Positions 42,401-54,400 of a stretch of 64,000 bases of DNA are shown one piece after another. The notes under the pieces were generated by a model. It searched no databases. It was not told where the DNA came from and was given only the letters and a program-made list of their open reading frames with translations. Both the position numbers and the translations under genes were made by a program. The first letter of the stretch is position 1, and each line of letters begins with the position of its first letter. The stretch comes from Fimbriosthenelais zetlandica (Eukaryota): NCBI GenBank assembly GCA_977030845.1, contig OZ365117.1, forward strand, positions 2,976,001 through 3,040,000. The letters run 5' to 3'.

Positions 42401-45400
42401 TTGGTGCTGGTGGGATCAGACGCTGGACCAACGCCCGCTCTGTTCTCAGCGGATACTCTGAACTCATACATGGTATCAGCCTCCAGGTTAGGCACCGTGA
42501 AGGCACATTCAGGCAGAGTATCAGGGTTAGCCCGCTTCCACTTATAAGCTCCCTCAGATCGGTATTCCACGATGTAGTTGAAGATCTCACTGCCGCCATC
42601 ATCTTTGGGTCGGCGCCAGGTGAGGGAAGCTCGTCCCTTCTTGATCTCCTTGATGTCAGGTGCTCCAGGCTTACCTGGTTTTTCTGTGGATGAATCAGAA
42701 AGTTAATATCGATATCTACGGAGAGCATTTCAACAAATTCAATCAGTAATTCTTAACCACCAGTGTCCCAGAACGGGGTCAGGGACCCAGAAAGGAGTCA
42801 TGGTCCCAGAAAGGGATCAGGGACCCAGAAAGGGACATTCTTTGAATTCTTAGACTTTCATCTGGACTTTCCAGAAGTGAAAAAAACCTTGTTGATACTC
42901 CAGAAATTAATGAAGTCTTTCAACACATCAGTCAATTTCAGGTTAAAGTTTAGAACTTTCTGTTCTGAGACTTACGCCATGGATCTTTGGCTGTGATGGT
43001 TCTGGAAGCAGGACCAGGAGGACCTTCTCCCACTTTGTTAACGGCCACGATCCTGAACTTATAGTCATTATCCTCAATCAACTGTTCCACCGTGAAGATG
43101 AGATCCTCTACCGGCTGACGGTTGATGCGGATGAAGTTGTCACGTTTAGTTGTACTTCTCTCCACGAAGTAACCCAGGATCGGGCTTCCACCGTCCGTGT
43201 CTGGGGCCTTCCAGCTCAGGGTACAGTTATCGTGGAAGATTTCTTCAGGAGTTGGCGCCGAGGGTGGACCAGGGAGGTCTGAGATGAATCATGTTTAAAC
43301 TTATTACATTATTGTTCACGCACAAATGTCTGCTTGATTTGGATAAAAAATCAATCATGGAATTTATAGGAAGAACATGTTTTCCAGAGCAATTACTTAA
43401 ATTGTGTCTTGGAAACTGATTTTTTCTGTTGCTGAAGTGTAAGAGATAAAAATATAAATCGTTTGTTTTATTTTGTTAAAAAAATAATAAAGAAATACTA
43501 TTAAGTTTTGGCACAGCATTCACAACAATTTACATTGGGAGCATATTCAATGAAATGCAAATATGAGTACACGAGTTTAAAAGTTTAGTGGTGCGATTGT
43601 ATATAATAATGTGGAAATGAAGTGTTTGTGGAGGTGTCAGTGCAAGCCGCAGTACCAGTACTGGGCTGAGGTGTGTCATAATGAGTATTAGTTTTAATGT
43701 GGACTATATCTGTGTGAAAAATACAGGAGGAATCAACACAGGAAAGTGTGTTGGACACCTCAGTGCATTTTCATATCTATGGCTAGTGCAGTAGTATCAA
43801 AGGCACAAGGACAAATTATCTACATACATGGAATATTTGTGAATATGATACAAAAACAAGTTGGTCCTTGTGCATGAGATTTCTGGCTAGTAGAAGTTGA
43901 AGCGGCTAGGGGCATATATGGAGCAGCGAGCGACATTATGTGAAAGCAAGTACAGTAACTATACGGTGAATTGTTTACTCCAACCATCATCAAATGCTCT
44001 GAATGTCTGCCCAGAAACATTAGGTTATATAGTGAATAAGACACTTCAACATTTCCGAAAGAATTGATGATGATTGGAACGAGCAAAAGCAGTGAATATA
44101 TTCTGGACATTATAAATGTATTATTGGTGACAGTGTAAGGTCTAATTTTTACCTCCAAAATCAAGTTTTTCCGAATAGAAATCCGTCAGGTGTGTGTGCT
44201 GTCCAGCCCTCAGTGAGAATGACTGGTCACCTATGGCCCCATGTATATATGGGTCATTTGGCTGCCTGCCAGCACACCTGAGGGCAGGGGTGAAGGGGGT
44301 GGGGGGCGGGTGATCGTTCACTGCCTACCACCCCCAACACGGTAGTCCTAAACACCGAAAGAATCCGAAAGAATCCGAAAGGAGCAAACGGACAAAACGT
44401 ATAGAAAACGTATAGAAAACGTATAAAACGTACATCTAACGGATACTAAACGGAAAGAAAACGTATTAAAAACTAACAAAACGTACATATAACGCACACA
44501 ACGGACAGAAAACGGACTCAGAACGGACGTACCGAAAGGATCCGAAAGGAGCAAACGGACAAAACGGATCCAAAACGGATAAATAACGCATAGAACGTAC
44601 GACTGACGGATATGACGGACGGAAAGAGACGCTGACAAAACGTACATATAACGCACACAGCGGATATAACGGACAGAAAACGGACTCAGAACGGACGTAA
44701 CGAAAGGAACCGAAAGGAGCCGAAAGGAGCAAACGGACAAAACGGATCCAAAACGGATAAATAACGCATAGAACGTACGACTGACGGATATGACGGACGG
44801 AAAGAAAAGCTGACAAAACGTACATATAACGCACACAGCGGATATAACGGACAGAAAACGGACTCAGAACGGACGTAACGAAAGGAGCCGAAAGGAGCAA
44901 ACGGACAAAACGGATCCAAAACGGATAAATAACGCATAGAACGTACGACTGACGGATATGACGGACGGAAAGAAAAGCCGACAAAACGTACATATAACGC
45001 ACACAACGGATATAACGGACAGAAAACGGACGTAACGAAAAGAACCGAAAGGAGCCGAAAGGAGCAAACGGTAAAAAAGGGATCCAAAACGGATAAATAA
45101 CGCATAGAACGTACGAATAACAGATATGACGGACGGAAAGTTCCTTTCGGTATGTCCGTTCTGAGTCCGTTTTCTGTCCGTTGTATTCGTTGTGTGCGTT
45201 ATATGTACGTTTTGTCAGCTTTTCTTTCCGTGTGTCATATCCGTTATTCGTACGTTCTATGCGTTATTTCTCCGTTTTGTATCCGTTTTGTCCGTTTCCT
45301 CCTTTCGGCTCTTTTCGGTTCCTTTCGGTTCCTTTCGTTACGTCCGTTCTGAGTCCGTTTTCTGTCCGTTATATCCGTTGTGTGTGTTATCTGTATGTTT

Positions 45401-48400
45401 TGTCAGCGTCTCTTTCCGTCCGTCATATCCGTTATTTGTACGTTCTATGCGTTATTTCTCCGTTTTGAATCCGTTTTGTCCGTTTGCTCCTTTCGGTTCC
45501 TTTCGGTTCCTTTCGTTACGTCCGTTCTGAGTCCGTTTTCTGTCCGTTGTATCCGTTGTGTGCGTTATATGTACGTTTTGTCAGCTTTTCTTTCCGTCCG
45601 TCATATCCGTCAGTCGTACGTTCTATGCGTTATTTCTCCTTTTTGTATCCGTTTTGTCCGTTTGCTCCTTTCGGCTCCTTTCGGTTCCTTTCGTTACGTC
45701 CGTACTGAGTCCGTTTTCTGTCCGTTATATCCGCTGTGTGCGTTATCTGTACGTTTTGTCAGCGTCTCTTTCCGTCCGTCATATCCGTCAGTCGTACGTT
45801 CTATGCGTTATTTATCCGTTTTGGATCCGTTTTGTCCGTTTGCTCCTTTCGGTTCCTTTCGGTACGTCCGTTCTGAGTCCGTTTTCTGTCCGTTGTGTGC
45901 GTTATATATACGTTTTGTACGTTTTGAATATGTTTTCTTTCCGTTTAGTATCCGTTAGATGTACGTTTTATACGTTTTCTATACGTTTTCTATACGTTTT
46001 CTATACGTTTTGTCCGTTTGCTCCTTTCGGATTCTTTCGGATTCTTTCGGTGTTTAGTACTACCCCTCCCAACACACCTTAGCGAAGGTGGTTGGGTGGT
46101 TGGGGAGGGGGCATTTAAGCCCTTCCAATCATGGGAGGGGAGGGGGGGGGGATTCCTCAACAAATACATGTCCAGGACTGTTATATCCTCAAGGAATAGA
46201 TTGCTTTGGTTCGTATTAATTTTACATATGGTACATAATATATACTTTAAAATTAATTACACATTTTGCAGCTTTTAATTAGATATACACTGTCAAATAA
46301 AAGAAAATGTGATAAATTAACAGATTAGATATATGACTAAGACTATGTGATAGTTTTAATCTGTATCTACTGAAATGAGGAGTAAATAAAGTATTGGTTA
46401 TCGCGCACACATTCCATTGACGAAATCAAGAATGAAATGTCGCTGTAAAAGAAGGAGAGATTGACATCTGCAAAGGAGGAGTGTATAGCATATGGAGAGA
46501 GAAAAAGTGGAGATAATAAAGAAAATGGTTTTATGAAAAAAATAGAAATAAGGGGAAAAAAAGGAGAAATTGTGGCGCGCATTGATTAAGTGCACTTTGA
46601 GGTGAAGTGACAGGAAAAAACTACCGTGACTTACTTTTGGGTACTGTAAAAAAGTGAAAGAGAACAAGACCAGATTACAAAAACTGACATGTACAAGTCT
46701 ATAAAAGAACAATCTTCCACTTTCAATATGTTTTCTTTATCCTTTGTTAATCATTTTGCAATTTCTGTAAACTTTGAGTTAGTTAGAAAGATGTCGGAAA
46801 TATGATAGTGGAAGATTGTCCTTTGAATATTTGGAAATCCTATCTGAAAATTTCTGAAGGGATGAACCTAAGAAACAAAGCACTATAATCGACAAAAACA
46901 AAATATAATCCAGTAAAAAGCGGAACTGAAAAAAGAAATAAAGTGTACATAAAAGTAAGAACAACTTAAAAGAGACTAAAAGGAAGAACAATACTGCTCG
47001 ATGAACCTAGAGATAAAATTCCTAAATTAAAAAAAGTAATGGATGTAACTAAAGCTGTGCAAACAAAAGCGCAACAAATACAATAAGGGGGGCTATATGA
47101 TACAGGAATAACAGCTAATGACATAATATATACAATATACAACTATCGCGCTTTCTCTTGGAATGATTTTCTCCGCATCTTTCACTGTTAATAACTATAG
47201 AATAAACACTGAAACTTTGGTTTTCTAGATATGAAAACATTATCTATATCAAAACCAAAACATCCAAACACCTATTCTGTCTTATTCTCATTTCTAAATA
47301 GTAACTCATGAACAACTGTTGAACAACAACTGTACAGTGTAAATTTCAACTGCTTGTTTTACATAAACTATTCTAACAAAGGTAAATAACATCTATTCTA
47401 AATAATTAACAGAGAAACACACGTACCATGTTGGCGTTTAGCTGTAACTGGTTGTAAAATTTCAGCAAACTCTCCCTGGCCGACCTCATTCTCGGCCGCC
47501 ACACGGAAGTTATATTGCTGGCCTTCAAACAGAGTGTCAACCACGAATTTACGTTGGTTGGCCTCCACTTCACCGATCTTATTCCAGACGCGGCCGCGGG
47601 CCTCGCGTACCTCAATGACGTAACCAGTGATATCGCTACCACCGTCCTTGTCAGGCTCAGCATATGTGAGGGTACAGGTCCTCTCTGTCATGTCTGTTGC
47701 TTGCAGGTTCCTTGGTGGACCAGGTTTGTCTGAAAGAAGTGAATTGATGCCTTAGATATCTTACATTTTTGTTCTCCCAGTCTTCAAAAAACTCGACTAC
47801 ATATGCTATGTTTTTAACTTGTATATTAGCTACTTTGCTACTAGAACAATGAACAATGAACCACCCACAGTCTTTATTTTCTTACATGATTGCTGCGATT
47901 GTATATACATTTTTATGGACGTAAATGTCCGGAATAAAAGCATTGAATTGAATTGAACAAAAAAGTGGCAACAAAGAGAAATACCAACCCAGGACTATGA
48001 CTTTGATGGTCAGTGAACATTTGCCAAAGTTGTTGTTTATGGTGAGAGTGTAGTCTCCCGTGTCACTCAGCTGGACCTTGGCCATCGTCATGGACGTCAT
48101 GCCGTAGATGACGTCAGTCTTAAAGCGACGAGCGTCTGGTAGACGGCCACCCTTAAACTGCCATGTCACTTCAGGAAGAGGACAGCCAACGAACGGAATC
48201 TCAACAACAGCTGAACTTCCCGCCCGTAGAACCATCTTATCCTTGAACTTGTGATCGCCAAAGGCAGGTGGAACTAGAGGAATAAAGACATGGGTTTAGC
48301 TACAAGGGAATGTAGGCCTAATATAGGACCAAATGAAGGGCATGGTGACAGATATGTTTAGCTCTGTTTAGGCATGTTGACAGATATGTTTAGCTCTGTT

Positions 48401-51400
48401 TAGGCTGCCTTGGGAATTAATTCAGCACCTAATGAGACTTTTAGCATTTGAATGAACCTGAGTAAAGCCGGGACTCCACTGCTGCGATATCGCTTGCGAC
48501 ACTGCTGCGACAAAGCCGTCAAAGGTGATGCTTTTGTTGCAATAACATTTACAAATTGTGGATGAAGTGTCCAAGGCTTTAAGGTCGTCCTCCACTGGTA
48601 AATTTATCATTGAAACACAAGCAACACCTTTGTCGCAGACGTGTCGCAAGCACTGTCGTAGCAGTGGAGTCCCGGCTTAAGATTCGTGACTTACTTTCGA
48701 TGGCTAGTTTGCCCGATGTCGTGGCCTTCTTGTAGGTAGCGCTGTACTCGCCTACATTCTCCATGTCAGGTTTCTCTATGACCAGTTTATGGACCTTACC
48801 GTCAATGAGGATGTCATGTTTCTCATCGCGGCGGATCTGTCGTTCACCCTTGAACCACTCGACCTTGAGCCCGGTCTTGGAGATCTCACACTCCAGAGTG
48901 ATGGCCTTGGTGGCCTCAGTGATTCTAACGTCCTGCAGCTCACGGGTGAAGACAATGGATTCCACTGAAAAGTAAAGACAATCATGAGCTGAATCATATA
49001 AAACTAACATGGACCGAACCCATGCTACATTTCTATGGTGGTTTCGGTCCAATTGTCACGGGTGAAGACAAAGGATTCCACTGTAAATTAAAGACAATCA
49101 TGAGCAAAGTCGAATGAAAGTTTAGTCTGTCAAACCTAACTTGGACCGAAATCATATGAAACTACACTCTGTCAAACCTAACTTGGACCGAAACCACCAT
49201 AAAAATGTACCATTGATTCGGTCCAAGTTTGGACAGATTGTAAAACATACTGAAGAGCAATTATAGATTAGAGCTCCCAAATTCATGTGATTCACCTTTT
49301 GCATAACCAAATGTTGTCTATGAAAACAAAATGGATGACATAAGGGCCGAATAATTGACACAGAAGAAACAAATGGCATCTTACCATACTGAGCAGGTTT
49401 GGAGGGAGAGGAAGGTGGTCCTTGTCCAGCCTTGTTCTCAGCTGTCACTCTGAACTCATACTTCCCTCCTTCCCTCAGTCCTGTCACCTTATACTGGAGG
49501 TCTGTCACCGATCCCTTGCTCATTGTCAACCATTTAGCTGCTCCTGACTCCTTCATCTCTATGATATAGTTAGTGATGGGTGTACCTCCGTCCTTTTGTG
49601 GGGCCGTCCATTTAATCTCGGCATAATCCACCGTAATCTCAGTGACATCGGGTGTCCCTGGTTTACCTGGTTTATCAAATGGATCTTTAGCGGTGAAGAT
49701 ACCGGTGGTTTGGGATGGTTTACCAATGCCAGCTTCGTTCTCGGCACACACACGGTATTCATAATCAGATCCTTCCACCAGATCCTTGAATGTCTTGTTC
49801 AGTTTGGTGATTGGGTCACGGTTGACTTTGATCCAGCGTTGGCTGTAGCCGCTGGACTTCTCAATGTAGTAACCTTTGACTGGTGAGCCACCATCAAATG
49901 CTGGAGGCTCCCAGAGTAAAGTACATGAGGACTTACTGACATCCTCAACGTGCAGGTTCTGAGGAGGTCCTGGTGGGTCTGAAAAACAGAACATAAAGCA
50001 TTGAAAAACGATGAAAGTGTGTACAGATGAACTAGAGAATTGATGACTGTAAAGCGCCTTCTACACTACACTGATCTGGGGCCCGATTTCATGATCTTAA
50101 CGATCTGATCAGATCAAATTGAAGTTAGATTAGAAATTGGCATTTGATCTGACATGTCAGATCTGATGCGATTTGAGAGCATATCTTGCAATACAGATTT
50201 TGATCTGATCAGGTCATAAATCGGTATAGTGTAGAAGGTCCTTTACACTCACTGAATAGTAAACCAATGCAACCTACGCTCACAATATGTCCACTTTTCA
50301 AACTAGAAAGATTATAGAAAACACTCACCAAATGGTAGTTTAGCCTCAACTGGTTCATCCAACTTAGCAGGGTTGCTGGTACCGATGTCGTTGACAGCGA
50401 AGACTTGGAACATGTACTCGCTGCCTTCATACAGCTTGGACACCTTGAATGTCAGTGTATCAGCATCAGACTCCCCGGCGTTGGAGAAGGTCTTGCGTTT
50501 AGCATCAGCTTTCTCTATTTTGTAAGCGGTGATTGGAGATCCACCGTCGTGTTCTGGAGTGTCCCAGGCCAGGCAGATGTGGGTCTTATAGACCTCAGTC
50601 ACCCGAAGGTTGACTGGAGGCGATGGTTTGTCTGGAAGAGAAATAAAAACATATAATGGGGAAAGTCCATAGTAATGGGTGATATCCACAGTAATGGGCG
50701 ACCTCCACAGTAATGGGCTAACACAGGATGTTTTCTTTTAAGGCTGTTGTGAATATGGTGCACCTCATTTTGTGGCCCTGTCACACTAGCAACAATTAAG
50801 TGTGGCAACATCTAAAATTTGGATCTAGCCACTCCTTGCAAGTAGTTATCCTGCAACTGAAATACTTGTGTAGCTCAATTAGCGCTATTTCTAGGGAACT
50901 CTATATGCCTGACACTGGCCAAGAAGCACCATAGAACCGTGGCAATTGTCAACAATATTACCTCAGTTGAGTTAACTATTACTAATGAGGAATCTAATAT
51001 CTTCTAATCACAGAAAGAAGAAATTTGGAACCAAAATTCTCAGAGTTCTCACCTTTGACAACGGCATCAAATGTAGCGGAAGCTTCACCCACTTCATTCT
51101 CAGCCTTGATCTTGTACTGGCCACCGTCACTGCCGCTGGCGTCACGTACGACACAGCGGGAGTAGCCCTCCCCATTCTCAATGGCAATGTTACCACTGGT
51201 GTGGAGAGGTTTGTCTGCCAGGAACCACTGAACTGTAGGTTCAGGTACTCCAGTAATGTTCACGTCCAATCTGAGGGTGGATCCTGCCTTAACTACTTGG
51301 GCATCCTTTAAACGAGCCTCGTAGTCAATGGCTGGTGCACCTGGTAATAGTATAAAATGGCGGTTTTACTCATAGTAGACATGTAAAACATCTAGCTGAT

Positions 51401-54400
51401 GCTACCTTTCATGGCCTGACACAGTAAAGCCTGGAGCACACTAATCAGATTCTCCATCCGATAGCTGTCCAAAACTATATTTCTATTCACACTAAATGCT
51501 TGTACTTTGAACAGTCCTTTACACCGAGGTAAGGCTATCCACTGACACAATTTCAATCATTGGTTGCCATAAGAAATAAGGGATCGGATGGCGACGGATT
51601 GGAGAATCAGATTAGTGTGTTCCAGGCTTAATATCACTTTCAACAGATCAAGAGGACTCAGAACTAGTAAACAAGGAAGGTAACTCACATTGGACTTGCA
51701 GGGTGCATTGAGTCTCAACTCGGCCCAGTTTGTTATGGGCCTCGCACCGGTACCAGCCACCATCATTGATGCTTGTCTCTCGGATGTCGAGTGAGGCTAC
51801 TTCATCATGGTATCCTAGTGTTATTTTACCTCCACCATACACCTCCTTGTTTCCCTTAAACCTGAAAAGTAACCAAGAACCAACATTAATTGAGGCGCTA
51901 CCTAAACATCTGGATGCTGACCACCTATCTCAACAAATTCATAAGGCCATATTGGGTCCATCCTGGTCTCAATTTCCCTTCCATACTGAGTCAAGATATT
52001 TGAGGTGAGATCAGTTTTAGAGACCTGTAAAGGATTGATAACCTTACCAGGTGATGCTGGATTTGGGATCTCCTACGTCAAGGTCACATTCGAGGGTGGC
52101 GTTCTCAGGAGCCACGACTACCATATCCAGCAAGGGTTCCAGCACTTTTGGTGGACGACCAACTGCAAATAAAAGCAACATGATTCAGAAACATTGCTAA
52201 CATTTAGTTTACAATTTGGCAACCATTTGGTTTTGGGACTTTCGACTTACCGACTTCCTCCTTGGCAGTGGTAGGTTCGGTTGGATCAGAAGCAGGTCCA
52301 ATTCCAGCCTTGTTTTCTGCAGCAACACGGAATTCGTAGGCATTGCCCTCTTTGAGGAACTTCACAATGTATTTGAGCTCAGATACAGTCTCATCATTAG
52401 CTCTTGTCCATTTGAAGCCTCCCTCAATGCGGTGTTCCAGGACATAGTTGAAGATTGGAGCACCACCGTCGTCTTTAGGTGGTTTGTAGGTAAGGGTTAC
52501 TGAGTTGCGACCAACACGTTCAATCACTGGTGGATCAGGCTTGCCTGGTTTGGCTGAGGAGAAAAGAGCAAATAACTAAGATATTGAACCATTTCGACAG
52601 TACAATGAACTCCTTATGAGTCCTTATATTTACTCTCAAGCAGTAGTAAAACCAATCCATCTACAGTCTGTTCACTCTAAGTTGATCCAAAACCACCATA
52701 CATTTGTACTGTGGTATCGGATCAACTTAGAGTGAACATACTATATGTGGTTCACAATATGCATGTCACATCAAGAAGCTATACCAGAGTAAAGCTGAAA
52801 TTTAAGACTTACCCCACGGATCTTTAGCTGTTGCAGGTTTGGATTTGGGTCCTGGTGGACCCTCACCCACTTTGTTCTCAGCTACGATCCTAAACTCGTA
52901 CTCAGTGTCTTCAATAAGCTCTGTGACATTGTATGTCATGTCGGTACAGCTCTGTTTGTTGAGGCGCAGCCAGCGGGAGCTCTGAGTCGTACTACGCTCC
53001 ACGTAGTAACCCGTCACTGGCGTTCCACCGTCAGATTCTGGAGCCTTCCATGTCAGTGTACAGGTCTCCTTGGTCATGTCAGTGACCTCAGGGGCAGATG
53101 GTGGCCCAGGTACATCTATAAGTGTAAGAAAACCATTAAAACTCACACTTTGTATTTTGAAATTTAAGAATTTCCATGTCTTCCTATACACAGACAGATC
53201 CATTCAGCACAAATCTATTGGTTGTGAACCAATTTTCTCAAATAAGAATGCTGTCCCAATTCATATATTCAGTCGGAACACTGAGAAACAAATGAAAGTA
53301 GCAAAATAGAGGAATATGTATATATATATTGCAGACGCCTACCATGCTTGCTCTTGGGAGTGATGGGCTTGGACATTTCAGCGAACGGTCCTTGTCCCAT
53401 TTCGTTCTTGGCAGCTACTCTGAAGTTGACAGGCTGGCCCTCAGCGAGTCCTGTAGCTTCAGCCTCCATGTCTTCAGTAGATGTGACAGTCTGCCATGTC
53501 CGCATGCTCTTACCACGCTGTTCTACGATGTACCCAGTGATGGCTGAACCTCCATCATCTTCAGGCAGGTCCCACTTGAGGTTAACGGTGCTCTCAGTGA
53601 ACCCTGCAGACCGCAGGTTCTCAGGAGCAGAGGGTTTGTCTGCAGAAATGACCAAGTATATGACTATGTAGTGCAACAAACAAGTTAGTTCAGTGGTGCT
53701 TTACAACTGATTATCCCCTCTTCATTGGGTCGATTAAATCGAAATCTTAAAACCTTAGTGTTAAGCCTGCATTCCATCTATCAGATTATCGGGTCAATAT
53801 TGATCTGATCAGATATTTTGTAGGCAAAAATACCTACAAAAATCTGATCCGATGAATTTTGACCCGATAATCTGATAGGTGGAATCCAGGATTTAAACCT
53901 AGGGATAAAATGAACACTATCCACCAGCAAAAGGAATTTGGTTCTCATATAGAAATGATACAATTCTTGCATGTTAACATAAATCGAATAAGAAATAGTT
54001 TGAAATATTGCTTACCCAGTACCAGGACCTTGACTGTGAGAGTACAGTTGCCATGTTCGTTATCCAGTCTACATGTATAACTGCCAGAGTCTGTCCTCTT
54101 GACTTTAGCCATAGTCATTGATGTCATACCACGGATGATATCCGTCTTGAAGCGCTTGGCATCAGGCAGTCTTCCGCCCTTGAAGTTCCATGTCACATCG
54201 GGCATGGGGTAGGCATTGAATGGCAGTTCAACCACTGCAGCTGTGCCAGCCTTCAGGATGAGTGTCTCTTCATATTTGTGATCTCCAAATGATGGAGCAA
54301 CTGAAAAATAGATGTTAAAGAATGGGCATTTCCGTTTGGGAGGGGTATCAGGACCGTGAGAGCTTTGCATAATAATGCCCTATACTTGTATGTCGACCCT

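Noticed and set aside
43397-43431. 35-nt segment with a strong acceptor and GTAATT donor
   Set aside because: It ends in an in-frame TAA and is not a multiple of 3. It cannot be distinguished from a chance site.
44348-46082. Many overlapping Phe/Val/Ser-rich ORFs
   Set aside because: They are by-products of the foldback repeat units, mirrored on both strands, with no domain signature.
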